This document shows, one piece after another, positions 43,084 to 56,595 of a stretch of 64,000 nt of DNA; the stretch's first letter is position 1, and each line of letters opens with the position of its first letter. Made by a program: the position numbers and the translations under genes. The DNA is from Eledone cirrhosa (Eukaryota). The DNA lies in the NCBI GenBank assembly GCA_964016885.1, contig OZ024740.1, positions 70,122,001-70,186,000 of the forward strand, written 5' to 3'. The notes below the pieces were generated by a model. It had not been told where the DNA came from, ran no database searches, and saw only the letters and a list, made by a program, of their open reading frames with translations.

Positions 43084-43265
43084 AATGAAGTAATTCCGTC
43101 GGAAAGGTCCAGGGAAAAAGAGTGCTCTATGTAGGTTACAGACCTTATTAGTTATGTAATAAACAACATAAGATAATTATTTCATCTACCAGTAGTTTCT
43201 TGAAAGCAAGCAAAATTTGCTTTCAGTCATCAGAATGAAAACATCCTGGTGTATTTATTGACAGT
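43084..43265 (-). mobile_element. 3-prime end of the 12386 family with intact HHR (~43180-43240)
   Basis: Minus strand: tttcatt-CTGATGA-ctgaaagcaa..ttgctttcaa-GAAA-ctactgg-TA-gatgaaa, plus the same tail as 12386-12450. Confidence 0.8.
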
Positions 43266-43348
43266 GAATATATATATATATATATATAAAATATTAAACA
43301 AATAATGAATAAAACAATGAAACAGTTCCTTATATTAAACAAAAAAAG

Positions 43349-43503
43349 TTCATTATTTAACGATCGTTTCTAGGATATATATGTGTTAGAATTGGCATGC
43401 ATATTCAACAGATCTATGTACAAAATTATACAAAATTATACAAACTATCAAGATTAAATATACATACCAAACACACATATACGCCGTCTTCAGAAATAAT
43501 GAA
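43349..43503 (-). ncRNA. Type I hammerhead ribozyme with very long stem II (mirror of 53873-54027)
   Basis: Reverse complement of 53873-54027. Confidence 0.78.
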
Positions 43504-44125
43504 ATATATTTATTGATAATAACAACAATTCAAAATTTCAGGTCCGTTTGGGAACAAAATTGACCAATGAAAATACAAAAGGTTTTATGCAGTTTGGTGT
43601 GTGTATATACATGTAACTACCCCGTACACATATTTATACAAAGATGTATGCTCAACATGCATACGCATGCCAAAAAGATGCATGCAAATACAAAATTTCA
43701 AGGTTAATGTCTCTGTAAGTTTATAATGCACAGATAAGATGCGTATAGACACATAAATATGAAATAAGTGTATACACATATTCTCATACTCACACATATC
43801 CGTACACTCACACACACGCGCGCGTATATGCATAAACATACACATAATTACGAACATACATACACACACACACCCCCACACACATATATATATGTGGATA
43901 TAATATTATCATAAGCACATGGATATTAATTCACTCACATAAACACTGCCACACACATTTAGATCAAGATACAGAAATTAGGTGGGAGGGGGGGGAGAGG
44001 TCAGTATTCAACGGTTTGGGCAGACTGCTTATTTATAGATGTATCTATAAACTAAGAAATAAAAAATAAAAATTAAAAAGGAAAGAAAAGAAAAAGAAAA
44101 AAGAAAAAAGAAATATATCAAGAAA

Positions 44126-44214
<89 letters not shown>

Positions 44215-44302
44215 CACACATCTACACTTAGAACACACATACACACACATATATAAACATATACATATACACACATACACACATATACACACATACATAT
44301 AA

Positions 44303-44335
<33 letters not shown>

Positions 44336-44856
44336 TACACATATAATCACACATACATATATAGACACACATATATATACACATACACGCACATATACAT
44401 ACACATACATACTTATATACATACAGATATACACATACATACCTATATATACACACAAATACATACAGACATACATACATACATACATACACACAAATAC
44501 TTACGCATCCATATATCGGTATATACATACAAACACCACTACACTCTCACACAACTCAGACATACAAAGAAAAAGGTATATACCTATACACATATACACA
44601 TACAAATAGAGATACATATACATATATATATATATATACACATATATATATATATATATACATACACATATACACACATATATATACATACACATACATA
44701 CATGTACACACACATACATATACATACATACACACATACACACATACATATATAGTCATACACACACATACACCTACACGAACATACACATACACATATA
44801 TAAAGATATATATACACACACACACATACACACACACACATATATATAAAAAATAA

Positions 44857-44907
<51 letters not shown>

Positions 44908-45295
44908 CACATATACATAGACATATATGTACATACATACAAATACATACGCATCCATATATGCGTATATACATACAAACACCACTACACTCTCACACAA
45001 CTCAGACATACAAAGAAAAAGGTATATACATATACATATATACACACATTAATAGAGATACATATACACATATATATATATATATACACATACATTTATA
45101 TATATACACCCACACACACATACAACCATAAACACACATACAAACACACACATACACACATATATACATACATATATATACACACACACAAAAAACACAC
45201 ATACACATATATATTTTTACACATATATATACATATACATACATATACACACCCTCACATATACACACATACACATAAGTTATATTATAATAATA

Positions 45296-45332
<37 letters not shown>

Positions 45333-45365
45333 CGAATATAGACATATATACACACATAGATATAC

Positions 45366-45401
<36 letters not shown>

Positions 45402-46393
45402 TCACATATATATGTGCGCACACGTACATATATACACATACACACATATACACATAAACATATACATGTGCATACATGTACATACACACATATACCCACA
45501 TAGATACGAAGATAGACATATATATAGAGAGACATACATATATATACACATATATATATACACATACATACACACACATATATATATATATATATACACA
45601 TACACATACACGCCCACACACATATACACATATACACATATATATATATATACATATACACATATATATACACATGCATATATACACACATATATATATA
45701 TACACACATACATATACACACAATCTTACATTCTTATTTGCATGCGCATATATGTATTTTTATATTCAGATATAAATACCCAAACATATATACACCTACC
45801 TACATATATATTCATACATACACGCTTACAAACACAGATGATAATAGTATGGGGGAAAGGGGGGGGGGGGTGGAGAAGGGGATTAGAGTAAATATATGTT
45901 TCAAGAAACATAGAATATTATCTGTATCTGGATCCCAATATATGTTTTTACATAGTTTCAGTGTTACCAGAAATAAGGCAAAATTATGCATTTCAAAATA
46001 AGTATACCATTAATTATATGTTAACTAAACTAAAGATAGTTAACATATTGATTTCTAAGGTGTAAATTAGTTAGGTTTATAATATTTGAAGCAGAATTTT
46101 GAAGTTAAATAGTAGTAGAGTATTAATTATAGTATAACTAAATTAAAGTTATTAACGTTATGGTATCAATATTAGGAAATGAATTTAGTAATAGGGAAAA
46201 AACAAATAAAGTATTACATCGGTAGTAGAATATAAATTATAGGTTAACTAAATTAAAAATTATATATTAATTTCTATAGTATATGTTAATTAGGTATATA
46301 ATAAATAAAACAGATATTGTATTTTATCAATAGCAGAATATAATTATATGCAAATAGAAATCAAAATTAATACATATACATATACATATACAT

Positions 46394-46440
<47 letters not shown>

Positions 46441-46932
46441 TACATACACATACATATACATACATACATATACATATTTTTTCAAAAATTGCAAAGAATA
46501 TATTAACTAGGTATACATCCAAAACACATCCCATTCTATGATTACATGACACTCTGCAATCCGTCTGTATAAGGATACTAATTTTAAGCCAATTAAATTA
46601 AATTTTTAGGTTGACTAAATTTAAAACCAAATTATAAATATATTTCTAAAATGTATATTAATTAGGTCTATAATACTAAAAATTATTTCTCTGTCATTGG
46701 ATACACGATATTTTGTTATATTTTATCTGTAAAGGAATTTTAATAAAAGGTTTAAATAAATTAAAATTAATCTATAAATTAAATTACTAAGTATATATTA
46801 GTAATATTTAAAGGTTTTTCACAATTTATGATTACACAATATTTTATATTCTCATCTGTAGTAGAATTTTAATTAAATTAAATTTATAGGTTAACTAACA
46901 TTTAAATTAAATTAATTTCTAAAATAATGTTA

Positions 46933-48909
46933 TTAATTAGGTTTATAATATTTAAATGTTTTTTTTAGTTTATGATTACACGATATAATTAATTCCTGTC
47001 GTTTATTTAATAGGATATCCTTAGATTTCATTATTTCAAATAGTTCTTGGGAACATAATCTACATTCATTTCTATTATTTTGATAAGGGGTGGCTCTTTT
47101 GAGCACACTCCAGGTCAAATCATATTCTATATTCTTATTTTTATAACTATTGATTTTTTCTGCTAGAGATGTTGTATTAGCCAGTGCGGCATTTTTAAAA
47201 CTATGCTTGTGGGTATTAAACCTTGTCTTAAAATTGTTAGAGGTAGCTCCTATATATGAGCAAATAGAATCTTTAGTTTTAACATTACATTTATAGACTA
47301 TGTTGTTAACAAGACAATTCCCTTTTAATGGGCAGTTTGCTTTGTTTCTACAGTTACAACCTTTCGTTAATTCTGTATTTGAGGAGATATTATGGTTAAT
47401 TTGATGTACTGGTGGTATACTTATGGTTTTCTTACATTTATATGCATTATAGGCACTTATATTTTGTTTTATGTTATTTGTTGTTGAGTATGAGAATTTA
47501 ACTGTAGACCTATTTAAGATTTGATGGTATTTGTGGTTTGGCGGGAAGTTTTTCTCTAGGATATAAAAAAATTTTTTAGCAATATTATCCTTAATTTGTA
47601 AATTAAATGGAGCATTATACCAAGTAACCCGTCTATTACGGTTTCTATGTTGTTTATTATTTTTATTATTTTTATAGGTTGTATCGTGATGTTTACTAGG
47701 AGGATTAATGTTAATGATCTCACCACAACCATTTTTAGTTATATTTGTAGATTTAGGTGTTTTATCTTTTTTATTAGGAGTTTTATTATTAATATTTATT
47801 AGAGTTGTATGATGAGTAGTTTTTTGAGAGTTACTATATTTTATATTAGAAGATTTGGTATTTTGGGGTATAGTGTGGGTGGCATTTAGGTGTGTACTTT
47901 TCATTTGGTGTTTGTTGGTAATATTAGGTTGTATGCTTTTAGTATTTTTAGTAGAAGGTATATATTCTAATCTATTTTTGTGGCCACTTCTATCTAGAGC
48001 TTCGTTATAGAAGGTCGCATTTTTATCAAATACATCTTGGTTAGAAGAAAGGTTAGAAATTCTAAGTGATATATTATATGCAAGGTTTTTAAGGATAGAT
48101 TTAGGGTGATTAGATTGTGAGTGTATGTAATGTAAGTTTTGGTTTGGTTTATGGTAAGGTTGGTAGATACCCGTAGCTAAATCTAAAGTTATATCTAGGA
48201 AATTTACTACTTTACTTGTTTTTTCAAAAGTAATATGAAGATTATAATAGTCTTTAAGGAAAGTTCTAATATGTTTTTTGTTTTTTTCAATTTCTGAAAG
48301 GCTAAGGTTGTTAGAAAGAAGAAGACAGTCATCACGATATAAACCACCTTTGAGGTGGGGAAAGGAGGCATTTATGTTGAAAAGGAGAAAGAGGCCCACA
48401 AGATCAGTAATTTGGGCGGAATCGCTTGAACCCATAGTAATATCAAATAGATTACTATATGTGTTTCTGGTCCAGTATTCATTCTGAAATTCAATAAGTG
48501 TTAGTCTAGCATGTGTAATAATATTAATGTCATCCAAAGTTAAGTTAGATCTATTTTTAGCAAATATCAATGCTTTGTTCAGGAGTATAGGTGATATAGA
48601 AGAATAGTAATTATCTATATCAAATTGTAGAAATGAAGCAGAAGATTTACATCTAATATTTTTAAACCAGTTAATTACCTGGGAGGTGTTTTCCCAGAGT
48701 GGTAAAATAACGTGTTTTCTTATTTGTGGGATGACTCTATCCAAAATTTTTTTGCTAATTATTCCAATATCTGATTTGGAGGGACATATAAGTCTAATAG
48801 AAGGATTTGAGTTAAAGTTTGATTTATGATCCTTCAGGTTGAAGTGTGGTCTTTTCAATGCCAAAGGTTCAGTTCTATCTTCAATGTTTAGTTTTTTTAC
48901 TATGTTGTG
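46933..48909 (-). CDS. PLE polyprotein, 5-prime-truncated: reverse transcriptase + GIY-YIG endonuclease (Nematis-type)
   Basis: Uninterrupted frame (continues upstream of the TTG at 48864 to the junction): LKDHK, RLICPSKSDIGIISK, FLQFDIDNYYSSI, FDITMGSSDSAQITDLVG, GLYRDD, VNFLDITL, SNHP, WYNAPF, CNCRNKANCPLKGNCL, IVYKC..YIGAT, CRLC, SCNH. Confidence 0.93.
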   Translation of the reverse strand, partial: HNIVKKLNIEDRTEPLALKRPHFNLKDHKSNFNSNPSIRLICPSKSDIGIISKKILDRVIPQIRKHVILPLWENTSQVINWFKNIRCKSSASFLQFDIDNYYSSISPILLNKALIFAKNRSNLTLDDINIITHARLTLIEFQNEYWTRNTYSNLFDITMGSSDSAQITDLVGLFLLFNINASFPHLKGGLYRDDCLLLSNNLSLSEIEKNKKHIRTFLKDYYNLHITFEKTSKVVNFLDITLDLATGIYQPYHKPNQNLHYIHSQSNHPKSILKNLAYNISLRISNLSSNQDVFDKNATFYNEALDRSGHKNRLEYIPSTKNTKSIQPNITNKHQMKSTHLNATHTIPQNTKSSNIKYSNSQKTTHHTTLININNKTPNKKDKTPKSTNITKNGCGEIININPPSKHHDTTYKNNKNNKQHRNRNRRVTWYNAPFNLQIKDNIAKKFFYILEKNFPPNHKYHQILNRSTVKFSYSTTNNIKQNISAYNAYKCKKTISIPPVHQINHNISSNTELTKGCNCRNKANCPLKGNCLVNNIVYKCNVKTKDSICSYIGATSNNFKTRFNTHKHSFKNAALANTTSLAEKINSYKNKNIEYDLTWSVLKRATPYQNNRNECRLCSQELFEIMKSKDILLNKRQELIISCNHKLKKTFKYYKPN

Positions 48910-48910
48910 T

Positions 48911-50322
48911 GTTTATATCGTGATGACTGTCTTCTTCTTTCTAACAACCTTAGCCTTTCAGAAATTGAAAAAAACAAAAAACATATTAGAACTTTCCTTA
49001 AAGACTATTATAATCTTCATATTACTTTTGAAAAAACAAGTAAAGTAGTAAATTTCCTAGATATAACTTTAGATTTAGCTACGGGTATCTACCAACCTTA
49101 CCATAAACCAAACCAAAACTTACATTACATACACTCACAATCTAATCACCCTAAATCTATCCTTAAAAACCTTGCATATAATATATCACTTAGAATTTCT
49201 AACCTTTCTTCTAACCAAGATGTATTTGATAAAAATGCGACCTTCTATAACGAAGCTCTAGATAGAAGTGGCCACAAAAATAGATTAGAATATATACCTT
49301 CTACTAAAAATACTAAAAGCATACAACCTAATATTACCAACAAACACCAAATGAAAAGTACACACCTAAATGCCACCCACACTATACCCCAAAATACCAA
49401 ATCTTCTAATATAAAATATAGTAACTCTCAAAAAACTACTCATCATACAACTCTAATAAATATTAATAATAAAACTCCTAATAAAAAAGATAAAACACCT
49501 AAATCTACAAATATAACTAAAAATGGTTGTGGTGAGATCATTAACATTAATCCTCCTAGTAAACATCACGATACAACCTATAAAAATAATAAAAATAATA
49601 AACAACATAGAAACCGTAATAGACGGGTTACTTGGTATAATGCTCCATTTAATTTACAAATTAAGGATAATATTGCTAAAAAATTTTTTTATATCCTAGA
49701 GAAAAACTTCCCGCCAAACCACAAATACCATCAAATCTTAAATAGGTCTACAGTTAAATTCTCATACTCAACAACAAATAACATAAAACAAAATATAAGT
49801 GCCTATAATGCATATAAATGTAAGAAAACCATAAGTATACCACCAGTACATCAAATTAACCATAATATCTCCTCAAATACAGAATTAACGAAAGGTTGTA
49901 ACTGTAGAAACAAAGCAAACTGCCCATTAAAAGGGAATTGTCTTGTTAACAACATAGTCTATAAATGTAATGTTAAAACTAAAGATTCTATTTGCTCATA
50001 TATAGGAGCTACCTCTAACAATTTTAAGACAAGGTTTAATACCCACAAGCATAGTTTTAAAAATGCCGCACTGGCTAATACAACATCTCTAGCAGAAAAA
50101 ATCAATAGTTATAAAAATAAGAATATAGAATATGATTTGACCTGGAGTGTGCTCAAAAGAGCCACCCCTTATCAAAATAATAGAAATGAATGTAGATTAT
50201 GTTCCCAAGAACTATTTGAAATAATGAAATCTAAGGATATCCTATTAAATAAACGACAGGAATTAATTATATCGTGTAATCATAAACTAAAAAAAACATT
50301 TAAATATTATAAACCTAATTAA
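48911..50322 (+). CDS. Inverted duplicate of the PLE ORF, truncated just before YRDD
   Basis: The translation from LYRDD to the stop appears identical to the minus-strand ORF; the listed start codon is a junction artefact. Confidence 0.9.
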
Positions 50323-50818
50323 TAACATTATTTTAGAAATTAATTTAATTTAAATGTTAGTTAACCTATAAATTTAATTTAATTAAAATTCTACTACAGA
50401 TGAGAATATAAAATATTGTGTAATCATAAATTGTGAAAAACCTTTAAATATTACTAATATATACTTAGTAATTTAATTTATAGATTAATTTTAATTTATT
50501 TAAACCTTTTATTAAAATTCCTTTACAGATAAAATATAACAAAATATCGTGTATCCAATGACAGAGAAATAATTTTTAGTATTATAGACCTAATTAATAT
50601 ACATTTTAGAAATATATTTATAATTTGGTTTTAAATTTAGTCAACCTAAAAATTTAATTTAATTGGCTTAAAATTAGTATCCTTATACAGACGGATTGCA
50701 GAGTGTCATGTAATCATAGAATGGGATGTGTTTTGGATGTATACCTAGTTAATATATTCTTTGCAATTTTTGAAAAAATATGTATATGTATGTATGTATA
50801 TGTATGTGTATGTATGTA

Positions 50819-50893
<75 letters not shown>

Positions 50894-51812
50894 ATGTATA
50901 TGTATATGTATATGTATTAATTTACATATACTATAGAAATTAATATATAATTTTTAATTTAGTTAACCTATAATTTATATTCTACTACCGATGTAATACT
51001 TTATTTGTTTTTTCCCTATTACTAAATTCATTTCCTAATATTGATACCATAACGTTAATAACTTTAATTTAGTTATACAATAATTAATACTCTACTACTA
51101 TTTAACTTCAAAATTCTGCTTCAAATATTATAAACCTAACTAATTTACACCTTAGAAATCAATATGTTAACTATCTTTAGTTTAGTTAACATATAATTAA
51201 TGGTATACTTATTTTGAAATGCATAATTTTGCCTTATTTCTTGTATTTCCTAACACTGAAACTATGTAAAAACATATATTGGGATCCAGATACAGATAAT
51301 ATTCTATGTTTCTTGAAACATATATTTACTATAATCCCCTTCTCCAACCCCCCCCCCCTTCCCCCATACTATTATCATCTGTGTTTGTAAGCGTGTATGT
51401 ATGAATATATATGTAGGTAGGTGTATATATGTTTGGGTATTTATATCTGAATATAAAAATACATATATGCGCATGCAAATAAGAATGTAAGATTGTGTGT
51501 ATATGTATGTGTGTATATATATATATGTGTGTATATATGCATGTGTATATATATGTGTATATGTATATATATATATATGTGTATATGTGTATATGTGTGT
51601 GGGCGTGTATGTGTATGTGTATATATATATATATATATATGTGTATGTATGTGTATATATATATGTGTATATATATGTATGTCTCTCTATATATATGTCT
51701 ATCTTCGTATCTATGTGGGTATATGTGTGTATGTACATGTATGCACATGTATATGTTTATGTGTATATGTGTGTATGTGTATATATGTACGTGTGCGCAC
51801 ATATATATGTGA

Positions 51813-51846
<34 letters not shown>

Positions 51847-51879
51847 GTATATCTATGTGTGTATATATGTCTATATTCG

Positions 51880-51910
<31 letters not shown>

Positions 51911-52463
51911 TATTTATTATTATAATATAACTTATGTGTATGTGTGTATATGTGAGGGTGTGTATATGTATGTATATGTATATATATGTGTAAAAATATA
52001 TATGTGTATGTGTGTTTTTTGTGTGTGTGTATATATATGTATGTATATATGTGTGTATGTGTGTGTTTGTATGTGTGTTTATGGTTGTATGTGTGTGTGG
52101 GTGTATATATATAAATGTATGTGTATATATATATATATATGTGTATATGTATCTCTATTAATGTGTGTATATATGTATATGTATATACCTTTTTCTTTGT
52201 ATGTCTGAGTTGTGTGAGAGTGTAGTGGTGTTTGTATGTATATACGCATATATGGATGCGTATGTATTTGTATATATGAGTATATGTAAGTGCGTATGTA
52301 TGTATGAATATATATCTATGTCTATGTATGAGTATATATGTGTATGTATGTATGTTGTGTGTGTATGTGTGTATGTGTCTATGTGTGTATATATATATAT
52401 ATATATGTGTGTATATGTATGTATGTATGTGTATGTATGTACATATATGTCTATGTATATGTG

Positions 52464-52516
<53 letters not shown>

Positions 52517-53037
52517 TTATTTTTTATATATATGTGTGTGTGTGTATGTGTGTGTGTGTATATATATCTTTATATATGTGTATGTGTATGTTCGTGTAGG
52601 TGTATGTGTGTGTATGACTATATATGTATGTGTGTATGTGTGTATGTATGTATATGTATGTGTGTGTACATGTATGTATGTGTATGTATATATATGTGTG
52701 TATATGTGTATGTATATATATATATATATATGTGTATATATATATATATATGTATATGTATCTCTATTTGTATGTGTATATGTGTATAGGTATATACCTT
52801 TTTCTTTGTATGTCTGAGTTGTGTGAGAGTGTAGTGGTGTTTGTATGTATATACCGATATATGGATGCGTAAGTATTTGTGTGTATGTATGTATGTATGT
52901 ATGTCTGTATGTATTTGTGTGTATATATAGGTATGTATGTGTATATCTGTATGTATATAAGTATGTATGTGTATGTATATGTGCGTGTATGTGTATATAT
53001 ATGTGTGTCTATATATGTATGTGTGATTATATGTGTA

Positions 53038-53070
<33 letters not shown>

Positions 53071-53158
53071 TTATATGTATGTGTGTATATGTGTGTATGT
53101 GTGTATATGTATATGTTTATATATGTGTGTGTATGTGTGTTCTAAGTGTAGATGTGTG

Positions 53159-53249
<91 letters not shown>

Positions 53250-53872
53250 TTTCTTGATATATTTCTTTTTTCTTTTTTCTTTTTCTTTTCTTTCCTTTTT
53301 AATTTTTATTTTTTATTTCTTAGTTTATAGATACATCTATAAATAAGCAGTCTGCCCAAACCGTTGAATACTGACCTCTCCCCCCCCCTCCCACCTAATT
53401 TCTGTATCTTGATCTAAATGTGTGTGGCAGTGTTTATGTGAGTGAATTAATATCCATGTGCTTATGATAATATTATATCCACATATATATATGTGTGTGG
53501 GGGTGTGTGTGTGTATGTATGTTCGTAATTATGTGTATGTTTATGCATATACGCGCGCGTGTGTGTGAGTGTACGGATATGTGTGAGTATGAGAATATGT
53601 GTATACACTTATTTCATATTTATGTGTCTATACGCATCTTATCTGTGCATTATAAACTTACAGAGACATTAACCTTGAAATTTTGTATTTGCATGCATCT
53701 TTTTGGCATGCGTATGCATGTTGAGCATACATCTTTGTATAAATATGTGTACGGGGTAGTTACATGTATATACACACACCAAACTGCATAAAACCTTTTG
53801 TATTTTCATTGGTCAATTTTGTTCCCAAACGGACCTGAAATTTTGAATTGTTGTTATTATCAATAAATATAT

Positions 53873-54027
53873 TTCATTATTTCTGAAGACGGCGTATATG
53901 TGTGTTTGGTATGTATATTTAATCTTGATAGTTTGTATAATTTTGTATAATTTTGTACATAGATCTGTTGAATATGCATGCCAATTCTAACACATATATA
54001 TCCTAGAAACGATCGTTAAATAATGAA
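53873..54027 (+). ncRNA. Type I hammerhead ribozyme with very long stem II
   Basis: ttcattattt-CTGAAGA-[116 nt including tatatgtgtgtt/aacacatatata and tggtatgtatatttaa/ttgaatatgcatgcca]-GAAA-cgatcg-TT-aaataatgaa: 10-bp stem I, GUU site. Confidence 0.8.
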
Positions 54028-54221
54028 CTTTTTTTGTTTAATATAAGGAACTGTTTCATTGTTTTATTCATTATTTGTTTAATATTTTATCTTGACTCTG
54101 TATACCGTTTATCTTTCACCGAAAGTGATTTTTCATTACATCTCTTCTTTCCATGATATCCGGAATACATTGAGTTCTTCATACGGATTGGACACTACCG
54201 TAAACTCTTGGTAGATTTATC

Positions 54222-54260
<39 letters not shown>

Positions 54261-54286
54261 ATATATATATATATATATATATATAT

Positions 54287-56557
54287 CACCTCCGCCTTCT
54301 TCAAACCCACCGACTCCCACTCCTACCTCGACTTCGCCGCAGAGGTTACACCCCACCCTCACCCCCTCTCGTCCACACCGCTCTTACCCGTGCCCGTGCT
54401 GTCCACCGCTCCACCACCCTCACCCCACGCCACCGCACACCCACCCACCGTCTCCCCTTCTCCATCACCTACCACCCCTCTACCATACCCCTCCTCCGCG
54501 TCTTCCGACGCCTCCAGTCCGACCCCTCCACCTCCCACATCTTCCCAGCCCCACCACTCCCCTCCTTCAAACGCGCACGCAATCTCCGCACCCTCCTCGT
54601 CCACAGCTCCCCCCCACGCTCCCCCCGGTTCCCTTCCCTGTTCCAGACCCCGCTGCAGCACCTGTCCCCACATCACCAACACCACCACCTTACAGGTTCC
54701 CAACGGCCACTCTCTCTCTGTCCGGCATGCCGTCCGATGCACCTCCTCCAACCTAGTCTACGGACCTCGCTGCACGGAGTGCAGCGCGACCTACGTCGGA
54801 CAGACTGGACGTCGCCTGGCGGACAGGTTTACTGAACACCTCCGAGATATTCCGCACACCAGGCCTACTCCAATGCCACGGATCACCCGCCACCCTCCTC
54901 AGGGTCGAAAAACGAACTATCTTCACCCTACAGACCCACACTCCCCCCGGCCTGAACTCCCCACCCTTATTCCTTTAGCCTTCGACTGACCCCCTCCTCC
55001 CACACATATCCCCCACTAACACCACTAACACACCCCTCATTTTCACCGCCCACCCCACAACTAACAATACTAACACCTCCACCCCACACCCGACCACCCT
55101 TCCCCCCAACTAACATACTAACATCCCTCCCTTCTTCTCCTCCCCCTCCTTATCACACGCACACACCCACCGGTGCATATATACACGCGCTCACACTAAA
55201 TACACACCCTACTACCACCACTAACCCTCACCCCCACACATCCACCCCACCACCCCGCAACTAACATAACTAACACCCCCCGACCCCAAGCACACGAACA
55301 CACACACCCACTTACACCACCCACTCTACACGCAACTAACATCACTAACACCCCCCAACCTTACGCACACGAACACACACACCCTCTTACACTACCCACT
55401 CTACACACCCTACCACCACTGACCCCCACTCACACCCGCATTCAACCCTTTCTCCACCTCCAGTATACTAACACCCACTAACACCCCCTTCACCACACAC
55501 ACACTCATCCAAACACGCACACACACACCAGTACACTACACTCCCTCCATCGGCCCCCACACCCTTCTATCCCCGCTCCACCCACACCCTTTCTCACACA
55601 CACACATCCCACTAACACCTCTACTAATACACACACACACCCTCCTCACTCCAACTTTCACACCTACCCATCCTCTTCCCTGTCCACCGCACCTCCGCAC
55701 ACACTGACACACCGACTTTCTTCACTTACCATTCTACCCTACTGCTGCTATGCCCTTATCTCTGTTATCACTTCCTGTTGCGCGCGCACCCCACATCTCC
55801 CCTCTTCCGACCAATCTCTTCACGGATTACACATATTTGAACATCGATCCCTAGAATCCACCACATCCCAAGGATATTACTCAGCATTCCACCACATCGT
55901 CTACGGAACTTACTTAAGGACTCACCCACTGACATACACCCAAAAAAAATTTTTCCCCACACACCACCTACATCCACAACACGCATAAACACCACACACA
56001 CACGTGCGTACCACCACATATTTACACATTCAGCCTCCGGAATCCTCTCCCCCCACCCTTCTATCCACACACGCACACACACCCCGACCTACACTCCACC
56101 CCACACACACCTCTTCCTGAACATGCAACCCCGTTCTTCCTCCAACTCTTACTTTCACATACACACACACACACACACACGTACACCTACACACACACAC
56201 CACCTTCAGCCCTCCCCGCTCGAACCCCCCGCCTCCCTCTCCCCACTCCACCCGCCACCACCCCTACACGCCTCACACCCTTCCACCACCTGTTTTACTT
56301 CATGTGTACTTTTATTTTTATTTTGATCATGCTTTTATATTTAATTTCATTTGTACCGTTTCCTCTCACCCCCTTTTTTCTATATGTCTCTCCACCACTC
56401 CCCTACACACCCTTGAAACTCTCTCCCCACACACTTTTCACCTGAAGAAGGGCTTATGCCCGAAATGTCGTTCCCCACCACCACCCCACTCTCAAGGGCG
56501 TGAAACTAATAAACCTTTGTTCGTACTGCCTCTCTGTTTTGTTCCCGTTCAATTTTT

Positions 56558-56560
<3 letters not shown>
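54287..56560 (+). mobile_element. 5-prime-truncated, decayed Neptune-type PLE with C/A-rich 3-prime UTR
   Basis: FFKPTDSHSYLDF, SFKRARNLRTLLVHS, PCSRPRCSTCPHI, CTSSNLVY..CTEC..YVGQTGRRLADRFTEH, IFTLQTHTPPGLN (frameshifts and deletions); HHR at 56439; (TA)n on both sides. Confidence 0.85.
56439..56472 (+). ncRNA. Minimal type I hammerhead ribozyme (Neptune-type PLE 3-prime end)
   Basis: ac-CTGAAGA-a-gggc ttat gccc-GAAA-tg-TC-gt; AATAAA at ~56508. Confidence 0.75.

Positions 56561-56592
<32 letters not shown>

Positions 56593-56595
<3 letters not shown>

Larger units (their letters stand above)
43286..54224. mobile_element. ~11-kb head-to-head inverted pair of 5-prime-truncated Nematis-type PLEs
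   Basis: Left arm 43286-48344 is the reverse complement of right arm 48911-54090. The spacer 48345-48910 is extra RT sequence of the left copy; the tail 54091-54224 is on the right only; flanked by (TA)n. Confidence 0.93.
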
